Shown here: in pieces, positions 8,172 to 18,058 of the stretch
Layout of the letters: each line of letters starts with the position of its first letter
Position numbering within the stretch: position 1 is the first letter of the stretch
NCBI GenBank assembly: GCA_000092065.1
Contig: CP000588.1
Length of the DNA stretch: 64,000 bases
Strand: one strand, 5' to 3'
Source: Ostreococcus lucimarinus
Taxonomy: Eukaryota
Notes under the pieces: generated by a model
Seen by the model: the letters and a program-made list of their open reading frames with translations, nothing else
Told to the model about the DNA's origin: nothing
Databases searched by the model: none
Translations under genes and position numbers: made by a program

Positions 8172-10238
8172 TTACACGGCGGCGCTCGCTATTTCTTTGG
8201 CTTTGCGCTTCGCGCGCTTCTTCGCGTTTTTCCGAGCGTTCTTACCCACGCCGGTGGATGCGTCATCCGCGGTGGTGTTTCGAAGCGGCGCTTCGGATTT
8301 ACGCTTTTTGCCGAACGCCGAGTCGGCGTACGACCGCGCGCGCGCCTTGGCGTCGTCGTCAGAACCGTCCGAAGCTTCGTCGTCGTCCTCGCGCTTGGTT
8401 TTGTCTTTTCTGCGTCGCGACGAACGATTCTTCTTGTCTTTGGCTTTCTCTAAGAACTCTTTCGCCATGCGACGCGCTCTCGCGCGTTGGTTGGCGTCCA
8501 CGGCGGCGTCGTTTGCGTCGTCGCGATACGGCGCGAGCTTCTTCAAGCCGACGATTTGGTTCAGGTGCTTGTCTTCCATCAGAAGCACGTCGCGCGTGGT
8601 CAGACCGAACATCTTCGGCGCCACCTCCTTGTACGGGAAGCGCGTCGGCGCTTCACCGATGAAATCTTCGGCGTTCAGCTTGTAGTACTCGTCCATCTTC
8701 GCCTCGAGCTCCTTGCGCCACTTCTTCGCGGCGCGCTTGCTAAATTTGTTTTCTTCTTCTTCTTCGTCCGGCGCCGGTTCGTCGTCATCGTCGAAATGAT
8801 CGTCATCATCTAAATCGTCATCGTCAGGTTTCCCTGCACCCTTCAAAAGTTCCTTCATCTCCTCCTCCAAGTCCCCGAACTCGGGCTTTTCCAGCTCGCC
8901 GAAGACTTCGTCTTCGCCGTCCTCTCCCGCGGCGTCGTAATACTCGTCACCGTACATCTCTCGCATCGCTCGGTCGTGCGCTTCGGGGTCGAATTCTTCA
9001 GTTAAATCCGCCACCTTCGCGCCGCCGCCCTTCAACCCACCGACGGCGGAGATTTGACGCATCTTGTTTGCGATTTCTTCGCGCTTGAGATTCTTCAGAC
9101 GACGCACCTCGGCGAGGAGCTTGGCTCGCTCAGATTCTTTGCGCTCTCGCACTTTCTTTCGCTTGTCCTTGCGCTTCGAATCCTCGCGACGAACTAAGCC
9201 TTCGATGTGACGCGAGTGCGACACGAGCCGATCCGCGCCCGGCTCTTCGAATCGAAAGTTGTACTTGTGCTCGAACGCCTCGGCGCGATCGAGGAGTTCG
9301 GAATCGCTCGACTCGTCGTCGGCGCCCGCGTCGTCGTCCTCGTCGCTCGATGGCGGCCCTAATGTTTGAAACCGCACCGCCGCGGAATCTTTCTTCGAGT
9401 CTTCCTTCATCCACTGTTTCTCCAGCAAGTAGTCTCGCAAGAATTTATCCTCGGCGCTCAAATCGTTCGCGTCGCCGCGTCTCGCGTCAAAGTATTCAGA
9501 CAACTTTTCCGTCGCCGCCGTCATCGCCGCCGCGCGCCGTTTCACCACGAGACCACTCTCGTCTTCATCGTCTTCGTCGTCGTCACCGCCCGCCGCCGCG
9601 TCCTTGAACGCGCGCTTCAGCGCCGCTTGCTCCTCGACGTACGACGGTTCGTCGTTCGCGCGCGCCGCCTCCGCCTCCGCCTCCGCCTCCTCGAGCGCGG
9701 TGGCCCCACCCTCCAGCAACTGCGTCGCCACGACTTCGCGCAACGTCGCCCTCGTCTTCTTCTTCGTCCTCTTCGTCGACGTCGCCTCCTTCTTCCCCCC
9801 CCCGTCCTCGTCGTCCTCGTCCTCGCTCGCCTCGTCGAACAGCTTCGTCTCCGCGTCGTAAATGCTCGGATCCTTCCTCCGAATCTTCGTCAGCGCCTCC
9901 GCGAACGCCCCGTCCAGCGCTCGCTCCAGCGTCTCTTCCTCATCGCTCGACGTCCCATCGCTCGATTCCCCGCTCGTCTCGCTCTCGCTCTTCCCGTCGC
10001 CGCGCGCGCGCAGCGCGCCCCGCGCGTACTCCCGCTCCAGCTTCGCCTGCAATCGGTGCGTCTCCTTCCTTCGTTCGTTGTGTTCGAACCGCGCGGCGTA
10101 CTTTTCGTTGATTTTCAGCGCGTCGCCTTCGCCGTCGCTCGCCGTCGCGTCGTCGCTCGCCGTCGCGTCGTCGCCGTCGCGTCGTCGCGCGCCGCCGCCG
10201 CGCGCCGTCGCCGGCGCGTCGTCGAACATCGACCGCAT
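8172..10238 (-). CDS. KRI1: KRI1 ribosome-biogenesis protein homologue
   Basis: N-terminal LKINEKYAARFEHNERRKE, similar to KRI1 LKxNKxFAxxYExRKRREEL. C-terminal Kri1_C motif MDEYYKLNAEDFIGEAPTRFPYKEV. Start placed at MRSMFDD; the track ORF extends to 11081 through Arg/Ala-rich sequence. Confidence 0.7.
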   Translation of the reverse strand: MRSMFDDAPATARGGGARRRDGDDATASDDATASDGEGDALKINEKYAARFEHNERRKETHRLQAKLEREYARGALRARGDGKSESETSGESSDGTSSDEEETLERALDGAFAEALTKIRRKDPSIYDAETKLFDEASEDEDDEDGGGKKEATSTKRTKKKTRATLREVVATQLLEGGATALEEAEAEAEAARANDEPSYVEEQAALKRAFKDAAAGGDDDEDDEDESGLVVKRRAAAMTAATEKLSEYFDARRGDANDLSAEDKFLRDYLLEKQWMKEDSKKDSAAVRFQTLGPPSSDEDDDAGADDESSDSELLDRAEAFEHKYNFRFEEPGADRLVSHSRHIEGLVRREDSKRKDKRKKVRERKESERAKLLAEVRRLKNLKREEIANKMRQISAVGGLKGGGAKVADLTEEFDPEAHDRAMREMYGDEYYDAAGEDGEDEVFGELEKPEFGDLEEEMKELLKGAGKPDDDDLDDDDHFDDDDEPAPDEEEEENKFSKRAAKKWRKELEAKMDEYYKLNAEDFIGEAPTRFPYKEVAPKMFGLTTRDVLLMEDKHLNQIVGLKKLAPYRDDANDAAVDANQRARARRMAKEFLEKAKDKKNRSSRRRKDKTKREDDDEASDGSDDDAKARARSYADSAFGKKRKSEAPLRNTTADDASTGVGKNARKNAKKRAKRKAKEIASAAV

Positions 10239-10770
10239 CGCGGCGTCGTCGCGAGGCGCGTCGACGCTTCCGCGACGCGTCGATTCGCGTCGACGCGCGT
10301 CGCGCGCGCGTGTGCGGCCGCGTCGCGCCGCGCGCGCGGATTCGCGACGCGCGACGATGCGCGCGTTCGCACCGCTGACTGTTTGCCCATACGAAGTCGC
10401 GTCGTCGTCGACGGATTCCGCGCGCGCGCGCGCCGCACACCTCGACGCGCGAGCGCGCGCGCGCGGCGCGTCGCGGAAGCGCGCGGTCGAGCCCTCCGCG
10501 CGCATCGCGGGCGCTCCGCGCGGATCGGGACGACGCGCGCGCGGAATCCGTCGACGACGCGGAACGACGTCGACGCGTCGATCGCCCGAGGCGAACGCGT
10601 CGAACGACGCGACGCGCGCGCGCGATACGGCGAGGCTCGAGCGTCGCGAGGGCGCGCTCGAGGACGCGGGCGTCGTCGGTGACGACCGGGAGGCGCGCGC
10701 GAGGACGCGCGAGGACGGGCGAAGGCGCGGGATCGATCGGGACGCGGCGCGGCGATAAGGCGCGAACGCG

Positions 10771-12327
10771 ATGGTGAGCTTTCGCGAGGCGAAGCGCGTC
10801 GCCGCGAACGGGACGAACGGAACGGCGACGGCGACGGGGACGACGAACGAAGACGACGGGGCGTGGGACGTGGTGATCGTGGGCGCGGGCGTGGCGGGGG
10901 CGAGCCTGGCGCATTCGCTCGGCGGCGAGGGTCGCAGGGTGCTGTGCGTGGAGCGAGACTTGAGCACGCCGGATCGAATCGTGGGGGAGTTGCTGCAGCC
11001 GGGAGGGTACTTGAAGCTCAAGGAGCTTGGGCTGGAGTCGTGCGTGGAGGGGATCGACGCGCAAAAGGTGTATGGATACACGATGTTTAAAAACGGCGAG
11101 GTGGCGACGATGACGTACCCGCTCGAGGGGCGGTCGGACGACGTCGCGGGGCGCAGTTTTCACAACGGGCGATTCGTACAAAAGCTTCGCCAGGCGGCGA
11201 TGAAGGTTGAGGGCGTCGAATTGCGTCAAGGCACGGTGAAGAAGCTGTTGAATCGCGAGGGTGGCGATTGGAAGGAGGGCGAAACCGTCGGCGGGGTGTC
11301 GTACACCGTCGGCGACGTCTGGGACGAGAAGAAGCAACAGGTGATACCCGGGCCCAGCGTCACGAAAACCGTGTTTGCGCCGCTTACGATCGTGTGCGAC
11401 GGCCACTTTAGCAGTCTGCGCTCCAAACTGAGCCCGCAGGCGTCGCCGGACCATCCGAGCCACTTTGTCGGCGTGATTTTAAAAGGCGCGCCGAGCGATT
11501 TACTTCCAAACGGCAGCCACGGACACGTGGTGCTAGGCGACCCGTCGCCCGTGTTGTTCTATCCGATCTCCTCGACCGAAGTGCGATGTTTGGTTGACAT
11601 TCCGGCGTCGGTGAAGATGCCGAGCGTGGCCAAAGGCGAGATGGCCAAGTACGTGCTCGAGAAAATCGTGCCGCAGGTTCCGGAGCAACTCCAGCCGCAC
11701 TTAATCAAGGCGGTCGAGAACGGGCAGTTTAGATCCATGCCAAATAAAACGATGGCGGCGAAACCGCAGCGTACGCCCGGTGCCGTGATGTTGGGTGACG
11801 CATTCAACATGCGTCACCCGCTCACCGGCGGCGGCATGACGGTGGCGCTCAACGACATCGCCACCTTCAAATCTATGCTCTCGCCTTTACCCGATTTCTC
11901 AGACGCAGCGCTGACCGGGGCGAAACTTGATGAGTTTTATCGTCATCGCACGCGTCCGGCGCTGACTATCAACACGTTGGCGAACGCGTTGTACGCCGTC
12001 TTTTGCTCGAGCGGGGACACGAGCATGGAGGAGATGCGTCAGGCGTGCTTCGAGTACCTCAAGCTCGGCGGTAGCTACGCCCGAGGTCCGATCGCGCTTT
12101 TGGGCGGTCTTGATCCGAATCCGCTCAATTTGGTCAGTCACTTTTTCAGCGTCGCGCTCTTCGGCATCGGTCGCCTCATGGTGCCGCTTCCGACGCCCGA
12201 GCGCTTGTTTAAAGGCGGCAACATTTTAGCCGGCGCGTGCAAGATCATCTTCCCGATCGTCAAAGGCGAAGGGTTTACTCGTATGTTCTTCCCAGCATGG
12301 CTCAGAACGCGTTTAGGGATTATTTAA
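10771..12327 (+). CDS. SQE: Squalene monooxygenase (squalene epoxidase)
   Basis: FAD-binding fold VVIVGAGVAGASLAHSLGGEGRRVLCVERD and squalene-epoxidase-type GDAFNMRHPLTGGGMTVAL, with a C-terminal membrane-associated region. Confidence 0.9.
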   Translation: MVSFREAKRVAANGTNGTATATGTTNEDDGAWDVVIVGAGVAGASLAHSLGGEGRRVLCVERDLSTPDRIVGELLQPGGYLKLKELGLESCVEGIDAQKVYGYTMFKNGEVATMTYPLEGRSDDVAGRSFHNGRFVQKLRQAAMKVEGVELRQGTVKKLLNREGGDWKEGETVGGVSYTVGDVWDEKKQQVIPGPSVTKTVFAPLTIVCDGHFSSLRSKLSPQASPDHPSHFVGVILKGAPSDLLPNGSHGHVVLGDPSPVLFYPISSTEVRCLVDIPASVKMPSVAKGEMAKYVLEKIVPQVPEQLQPHLIKAVENGQFRSMPNKTMAAKPQRTPGAVMLGDAFNMRHPLTGGGMTVALNDIATFKSMLSPLPDFSDAALTGAKLDEFYRHRTRPALTINTLANALYAVFCSSGDTSMEEMRQACFEYLKLGGSYARGPIALLGGLDPNPLNLVSHFFSVALFGIGRLMVPLPTPERLFKGGNILAGACKIIFPIVKGEGFTRMFFPAWLRTRLGII

Positions 12328-12448
12328 AGCATTTTTAGCGGCGATTCATTGTAGCGATCCATCACCTTCACAAGCCTCTTTTCTTCGCGCGAAGACGTCG
12401 TCGTTCGGTTCTCTTACGCGCGTCGGCGCTCTACATACATTACATCTC

Positions 12449-13021
12449 TCAATCGTCGAAAGGATACTCCTCGGGCACGAGCTCTAATAGCTTCACCCGA
12501 ATCGCGAATCGTTCGCCCTCCCCTCTCAAGGGATCGCTCTCGAACGCGCACGTCGTCCGCACGCGAACCGTCTCCAACGCCCCGCGAATCGCCCCGCACA
12601 GCGCGTTACAGTAACTCAAATCCCCATATTTCCCCGGCAACTCCACAAACTCCGCCAACGGATTACTCTCCATCTCAATCACGCACTCGTCTCGCTCCTC
12701 GCTCCAATCCCTCGTCTTCGCGTCGACGTTTAAAAACATCTTCAATCCCACCCGCGTCGTCATCTCCATCGCTTCCTCGAACGTCGCGCACGCCCCTCCG
12801 CTCGCGTTCGTCCTCGACAAAAACTCCTCCACCATCCTCGCCCCCATCGCGCGTCCGACGCGCTCGAGCGCCGCGTTCGCGCACTCCACGTCGTCCTCGT
12901 GATCGCGCAAAATCTGTCGCACGAACGCCCCGTGCGTCAGCGCGAACAGCTCCGCGTTCACCTTCTCCGTCGCCGTCCAGCACGCCGCGCCGAGCGCGGT
13001 CCTCGACGCGGCGGCGGGCAT
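12449..13021 (-). CDS. BET3: TRAPP complex subunit BET3 (TRAPPC3)
   Basis: ELFALTHGAFVRQILRD...NPLAEFVELP...LSYCNALCGAIRGALE matches the BET3 signature. Start at MPAAAS; the upstream in-frame ORF part (13022..14011) is low-complexity and judged non-coding. Confidence 0.8.
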   Translation of the reverse strand: MPAAASRTALGAACWTATEKVNAELFALTHGAFVRQILRDHEDDVECANAALERVGRAMGARMVEEFLSRTNASGGACATFEEAMEMTTRVGLKMFLNVDAKTRDWSEERDECVIEMESNPLAEFVELPGKYGDLSYCNALCGAIRGALETVRVRTTCAFESDPLRGEGERFAIRVKLLELVPEEYPFDD

Positions 13022-13063
13022 GTCGACCCGACGCGCGGCGCTCCGCCGTCGCGCGCCGCGTCG

Positions 13064-13277
13064 CGCGCCGCGTCGATCTCGTTCTCGATTCAATCTTCGT
13101 TCGGTCGATCGACGCGTCGAGGTTCGCGCGCGCGACTCGATCGACGCGCCGAGGTTCGATCGACGCGTCGCGCGCCGCGTCGATCTCGATCTCGATTCAA
13201 TCTTCGTTCGGTCGATCGACGCGTCGAGGTTCGCGCGCGCGACTCGATCGACGCGCCGAGGTTCGATCGACGCGTCG
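13064..13277. repeat. Tandem duplication, two copies of about 107 bp, in the BET3/LETM1-like intergenic region
   Basis: CGCGCCGCGTCGATCTCG(T/A)TCTCGATTCAATCTTCGTTCGGTCGATCGACGCGTCGAGGTTCGCGCGCGCGACTCGATCGACGCGCCGAGGTTCGATCGACGCGTCG occurs twice in tandem with one mismatch. Confidence 0.85.
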
Positions 13278-13568
13278 AAGGATCGATCGCGCGCGCGGGG
13301 GACCGAACGCGCGCGCACACGTCGACGCGCGCGACGCGCGCGCGACGCACGACGCGCGATGGCGGCGCGCGCGGCGCCGGGAGGACGAACGGGCGCGGCG
13401 CGCGCGGCGCGCGCGCGGGCGCGCGGGCGCGCGGCGCGCGCGGCGCGGGCGACGACGGCGCGCGCGACGTCGACGTCAATGGGACGCGCGCGCGCGAGGA
13501 CGCGCGAGGACGCGCGCGGAGGCGCGCGGTGGGACGCGGGCGCGCGGTGGGACGACGCGCGAAGCGCG

Positions 13569-15629
13569 ATGGACGCGCGCGGGGCGACGCGCGCGCGCGC
13601 GATCCGAGACGCGGCGTCGGCGGGGGGGGAATCGTCGTCGGGGAAGACGCCGAGCGAGGGGACGGGGAACGAGTGCGAAGGGTTCGGAGACCCGAACGCG
13701 AGCGGGTTCAGTTTCAGCGCGGCGTCGAGCGCGGGCGGGGAACCGTTGAGCAGCGATGAGGGCGCGCGCGCGGACGCCGCGCGGAGGCTGACGCGGTTGG
13801 AGTCGCTGACGCAGTTGCGAGAGCTGTACGGGACGGTGGTGGAGTGCGAAAAGTCGCTCGCGAACGACTTCTTCGTGGTGCACGCGGACGCGGATGGGAA
13901 CGAGTCGAATAAGTTGTTCGGTGGGAAACCGTTGAGTGCGTTCGCGGTGCCGAGCGCGGAGCTGGAGGAGGCGATGAGCGCGTTGGAGGAGATGGTGGAG
14001 GTGATGTCCAAGCTCGAGGTTGAACAGGAAAAATTGCGCGCGGCGCCGGCGGCGATGGCGGGGAGGTGGGACAGCTTGTTCGACGATCCCGACGCCGCGC
14101 GGGCTGAATTGGAAAATAAGTTTGCGGACTTGGGCGCGCGCGTGGAGGCGCGGTGTCGGGAGATGGCGGCGTATCTTCCGTACGGCTCTCGCGCCGAAGC
14201 CGAGCGCGCGCTGGAGCAAGCCGAAGACGCGCTCGAGGCGGCAGAGGAGGATCAGGGGGAGACCCAAGTCGGCGCGAGGTTACGTCCACTCGGACGCAGG
14301 GTGGGGAGATTCACCTCGCGACGCGTGCGAAGCGCGGAGGGCGTCCTCGGGGAGGGTCTAGAGCAGCTCAAGGCGAGCCCGCGCGAGTCCATCAAGAGCG
14401 CGGCGCAGTACTCGCGAGGAGTTTGGGCGCGTATTAACGGGCTTAACATAGGAGACTCGGGCGTCGTAGAAGTTTTGAAGGCATATCCCGTTCCGAGAGT
14501 GCCGCGAGAGAAGCGCGAGGCGCGGGTGCTACGCCTGACTATAGAGGTGCAGGATAGAGACAAGGCGTTGACCGAGGCGCAGCGAGCGCGCGACGCCATC
14601 ATGGCGCAAGGGCGTAACTCTGCGCTTTCGCGCGTCGCGCTCGGAGACAAGATACGTGATAGCGACGAGAAGGTATCGACGCTTCGTCGTGTCTTTGCGG
14701 TGCGTACGTTACAAATGGAGATGGAGCGCATCATGTTGGCGCTCGAGGAAGAAGTGGCGGCGCCGCCGGATACGCTTTCCAGGGGAGAAATGAAGGACAT
14801 GCGTCTCATGGTCGCCGAGTTTGGCGTCATGGACTTGTCCTTGCGAAGGTTAATATCTCTCGTCGATCGCCAACAATCGCAGCTCATCGACGACGAAGCT
14901 TTATCAAAGTTGGCCATGGAAATTCCCGACATGAAGTCGAGATTGGCCATTTCCGACGAACCCAACGTAGCGATGTCGCTGGATATGATGCGAGAGCGCA
15001 TGTCACTGACGGTTAACGAGTCGGTGGAAACCATTCGCGAAGCTGGAACTTTCCTCGTGCGTGGTGTTAGGTTGCTGGGTTCAGACATCGGAACCTCGGT
15101 TCGTCTCTTCTTGCGCGCAGCGTTCGGCACCACCTTGCGCCCGCGCGAGGTGCAAGTCTTGCGCCGCACATTTTTGGACGTCTTCACATTCGTACCCTTC
15201 ATGATAATCCTCATCACGCCCATCACCCCCGTCGGTCACGTCTTGGTGTTTGGTTTCATTCAAAAGTACTTTCCGCAGCTCTTTCCATCGCAGTTCACCA
15301 CGCGAAGGCAAGAGTTGATGCAAAAGTACGAAGAACTCAAGGATCAACTCGCCATGGCAGAAGAGCAAGCTGACGCGGCGAATGAAAGCGAGGCCCTTCG
15401 TCGCGCCGTCGCCGCTGTGAGTTCGGTTCGAGGCATAATTAGCGGCGCCGTCTCCGACGCCGCCGACGCTCTCGCGGGCGGCGTCGACGAGGAAGCCCAG
15501 AGCAAGCTCGAGCAACAGCGCGTCAACGCGCTCCGCGCCGAGCTAGACGAAACCGAGATTCGGCTCAACGAAACTAGCGACGACGACGACGAAGAACCCA
15601 AGACGGCGTCGGCGAAGAAGAGCGATTAA
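13569..15629 (+). CDS. LETM1-like protein (mitochondrial inner-membrane, ribosome-binding LETM1 domain)
   Basis: LETM1 core GVRLLGSDIGTSVRLFLRAAFGTTLRPREVQVLRRTFLDVFTFVPFMIILITPITPVGHVLVFGFIQKYFPQLFPSQF with a single TM and coiled-coil C-terminus. Start ATG chosen at 13569; 13359 or further upstream is possible, and the track ORF begins at 13020. Confidence 0.65.
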   Translation: MDARGATRARAIRDAASAGGESSSGKTPSEGTGNECEGFGDPNASGFSFSAASSAGGEPLSSDEGARADAARRLTRLESLTQLRELYGTVVECEKSLANDFFVVHADADGNESNKLFGGKPLSAFAVPSAELEEAMSALEEMVEVMSKLEVEQEKLRAAPAAMAGRWDSLFDDPDAARAELENKFADLGARVEARCREMAAYLPYGSRAEAERALEQAEDALEAAEEDQGETQVGARLRPLGRRVGRFTSRRVRSAEGVLGEGLEQLKASPRESIKSAAQYSRGVWARINGLNIGDSGVVEVLKAYPVPRVPREKREARVLRLTIEVQDRDKALTEAQRARDAIMAQGRNSALSRVALGDKIRDSDEKVSTLRRVFAVRTLQMEMERIMLALEEEVAAPPDTLSRGEMKDMRLMVAEFGVMDLSLRRLISLVDRQQSQLIDDEALSKLAMEIPDMKSRLAISDEPNVAMSLDMMRERMSLTVNESVETIREAGTFLVRGVRLLGSDIGTSVRLFLRAAFGTTLRPREVQVLRRTFLDVFTFVPFMIILITPITPVGHVLVFGFIQKYFPQLFPSQFTTRRQELMQKYEELKDQLAMAEEQADAANESEALRRAVAAVSSVRGIISGAVSDAADALAGGVDEEAQSKLEQQRVNALRAELDETEIRLNETSDDDDEEPKTASAKKSD

Positions 15630-15892
15630 ATTCGACGAGCGAGCTTTCGTCCACACAGTATCGCAGCACCACTCATGACTCAAAAGCTTTAGCCTGAATG
15701 TGAAATAAAACTTTAGCGCATTCCTTCGCGTCCGTCGCCGCATCCTTCGGCTTTGTCTCTCCGAGAGACGCGCTCTCGGCCGACGTCGCGGCGGCGGTTA
15801 CCCGAACCCACCGCACACCCATGCGTGCGCACGCGGTTTCACGCGCCCAAGCTCCACGCGCGCGCGCGCACGCTCATCGACGTTCATCCGCC

Positions 15893-16048
15893 ATGACCAG
15901 CCCCGCGCGATCGTCCAACAGTCGAGTGAAGCGCGCGAAAACGGCTCAAAGTTCCGCCGACGTGGTCGCTTCCGCCCCGGAAGTCGGCGCTTTGTACACG
16001 GAAGACTATCGCGTGAAAGGTTTGCACGTCCGCGATCACTTCATCGCG
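15893..16048 (+). CDS. Probable 5' exon or segment of proline iminopeptidase (...LYTEDYRVKGLHVRDHFIAV)
   Basis: Matches the conserved N-terminal (Y)LKV.DHffTVPLD segment of S33 prolyl aminopeptidases, but lies in a different reading frame from the main ORF. Confidence 0.4.
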
Positions 16049-16068
16049 GTGCGTCCCGACGCGTGTCG

Positions 16069-17526
16069 ATGCGTTTTCGACTCGACGCGGCGCGCGCGGC
16101 GCGCGAGGGCGAAAAACTGCTGACTGACGGCGACGGCGACGCGACGCAGGTGCCCGTGTGTCACGCTCGAGGCGATTCGAACGCGATGCGCGTGTTTTTT
16201 CGAGAAGTGGTGACGGCGGCTCGAGGGAAACTCACGAGCGAGGAGCGGAAGTCGCTGCCGGCGGTACTGTTTTTGCAAGGCGGACCCGGATTCGAGTGCG
16301 CGGGACCGCTCGAGGCGAGCGGCTGGTTGGGGGAAATGGTCAAGGAACATCGAGTGTTTTTGATGGATCAACGAGGCACGGGACGTAGCGACAGCGAGAT
16401 TGTCCATCCAACGCTCAACCGGGATGCGTCTGGACATCCCTTGTCGTACCCCAGACATTGGACCGACAAAAACACGTCGCCGGCGAAGGCGTGGGCCGTT
16501 CACTTGAAGAATTTCCGAGCAGACAGCATCGTGAAAGACGCCGAGTTGTTCCGTAAGACGGTGCTCGGTGAAGATGTGAAATGGACGCTGCTTGGGCAAT
16601 CCTTCGGCGGCTTTTGCATCACGACGTATTTGTCTTTCGCTCCCGAAGGCGTGAAAGAAGCGCTGCTTACTGGCGGTTTGCCTCCGCTCATCGACGAACC
16701 AGCGAGTGCGTTAAACGCGTATCGAAAATTGTTCGAGCGCGTTCAGACGCAAAACAGAAAATATTTCGAAAGATTTCCGTACGATGTCGACCGCCTCTAT
16801 GCGCTGTATGTCCAACTTCAGAACGAAGGTCCACGGATCTTGCCCGGCGGTGGGTTGCTCACCGTTCCGCTGGTACGAGCGCTCGGTTTTTCTAATTTAG
16901 GCACAGCGCAGGGGATGGAGAGGTTGCATTACATCATGCAGTACGTAGAGATTCATTATGCCGACGAAGAAATTGTTGGAGCTCACTTGCCGCACAAGTT
17001 TTTGATTGAAGTGGAAAACTCGTTTAGGCACTTCGAGACGAACCCGTTGTACGCGGTCCTGCACGAGGCGATTTATTGCAACGGTGCGTGCGCCATCGGT
17101 GCGGCCGACCAAGTGTGGCTCGAGCGAGTTGGCGAAGATCTTTACAGCGCGTTTGGTGAGCCTGAGTCTGATGACTCATTGCGCCGTGCGTTTACGGGGG
17201 AGTGTGTTTACTCTTCATTCTTCGAAGACATCCCATCGCTTCGCCCGTTCAAAGCGATCGTTCAAGAGCTCAAAAAGGACAAAGATTGGCCAAAGGTGTT
17301 GTACGATACGGAGCAGCTGGCCAAGAATACCGTCCCAGTGGCGTGCGCGAGTTACGTCGAGGACATGTTCGTCGATTTCGATCTCGCCTCTGAAACGGCT
17401 GCGAAAATTCGGGGCGCCCGCGTCTGGAGCACCAGCGAATACATGCACTCCGGCATTCGCGAAGACGGCGCCCGCATCGTCCAAAAGCTGTTGTCCTTCG
17501 TTCGCGACGAGGATCCAATTCGTTAG
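16069..17526 (+). CDS. PIP: Proline iminopeptidase / prolyl aminopeptidase (alpha/beta-hydrolase, MEROPS S33)
   Basis: LFLQGGPGFECAGP, HRVFLMDQRGTGRSD, nucleophile elbow GQSFGG. Full-length relative to S33 family members except for an N-terminal frame discontinuity. Confidence 0.85.
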   Translation: MRFRLDAARAAREGEKLLTDGDGDATQVPVCHARGDSNAMRVFFREVVTAARGKLTSEERKSLPAVLFLQGGPGFECAGPLEASGWLGEMVKEHRVFLMDQRGTGRSDSEIVHPTLNRDASGHPLSYPRHWTDKNTSPAKAWAVHLKNFRADSIVKDAELFRKTVLGEDVKWTLLGQSFGGFCITTYLSFAPEGVKEALLTGGLPPLIDEPASALNAYRKLFERVQTQNRKYFERFPYDVDRLYALYVQLQNEGPRILPGGGLLTVPLVRALGFSNLGTAQGMERLHYIMQYVEIHYADEEIVGAHLPHKFLIEVENSFRHFETNPLYAVLHEAIYCNGACAIGAADQVWLERVGEDLYSAFGEPESDDSLRRAFTGECVYSSFFEDIPSLRPFKAIVQELKKDKDWPKVLYDTEQLAKNTVPVACASYVEDMFVDFDLASETAAKIRGARVWSTSEYMHSGIREDGARIVQKLLSFVRDEDPIR

Positions 17527-18058
17527 TGAATGCGCGGGTGTCTACTACGCGTGTTTTGTTGAATTAATTGTCGTCTATTTGTGTGCTATCCTCGGCCTCG
17601 CCTCGCCTCCCGCTCGTTCACTTCCCCCCCTTCCCATCGCTCGTCTCCCGCTTCACCGCCTCGCTCGCCGCGCTGTAATGCAAGAATCCCTTCGCCGCAG
17701 TCGCTGTGAACCACGCGCCGGCGACGCAGGTCGTCGCGAACAGCCCGAACGTCGTCGCTCGAAAAGCGACGTCGACGACGGATGTGCGCGCGCTCATGGC
17801 GCTCTCCGACGCGTGCGGCGTCCGTACGCGTCTCCGCGCGACACGGTGTTGCGACGCGTTTCGTTCGCGTGCGACGCGCGTTCGACTGGCGCTTCGCGCG
17901 GCTTCGCGCGCGGCGTGGTGAGGCGCGAGATGCGTTCGCGGCGGCTTTGACGCCCCCGCGCGGGCGAGGCGAGGGACGAAGGACGCGCGAGGAGTGTTAT
18001 TTCACGGTCAGGGACTAATCACTAGAGTCAACGTAATAAAAGGTAGGTGCCACGCCGG

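Noticed and set aside
9366-10682. 438-aa plus ORF and other ORFs overlapping KRI1 (9940..11463 minus, 9862..10758 plus)
   Set aside because: R/L/V-rich antisense or out-of-frame translations of the acidic KRI1 coding region and the KRI1/SQE divergent promoter.
13064-13277. Possible CRISPR-like array
   Set aside because: Only two long (107 bp) direct copies with no spacer-repeat alternation, in a eukaryotic context. It is a simple tandem duplication.
13020-13568. N-terminal 183 codons of the 869-aa ORF and upstream part (13022..14011) of the BET3 ORF
   Set aside because: Both are R/A-rich low complexity spanning the tandem repeat and the divergent promoter. BET3 homology starts at 13021 and LETM1-like homology much further downstream.
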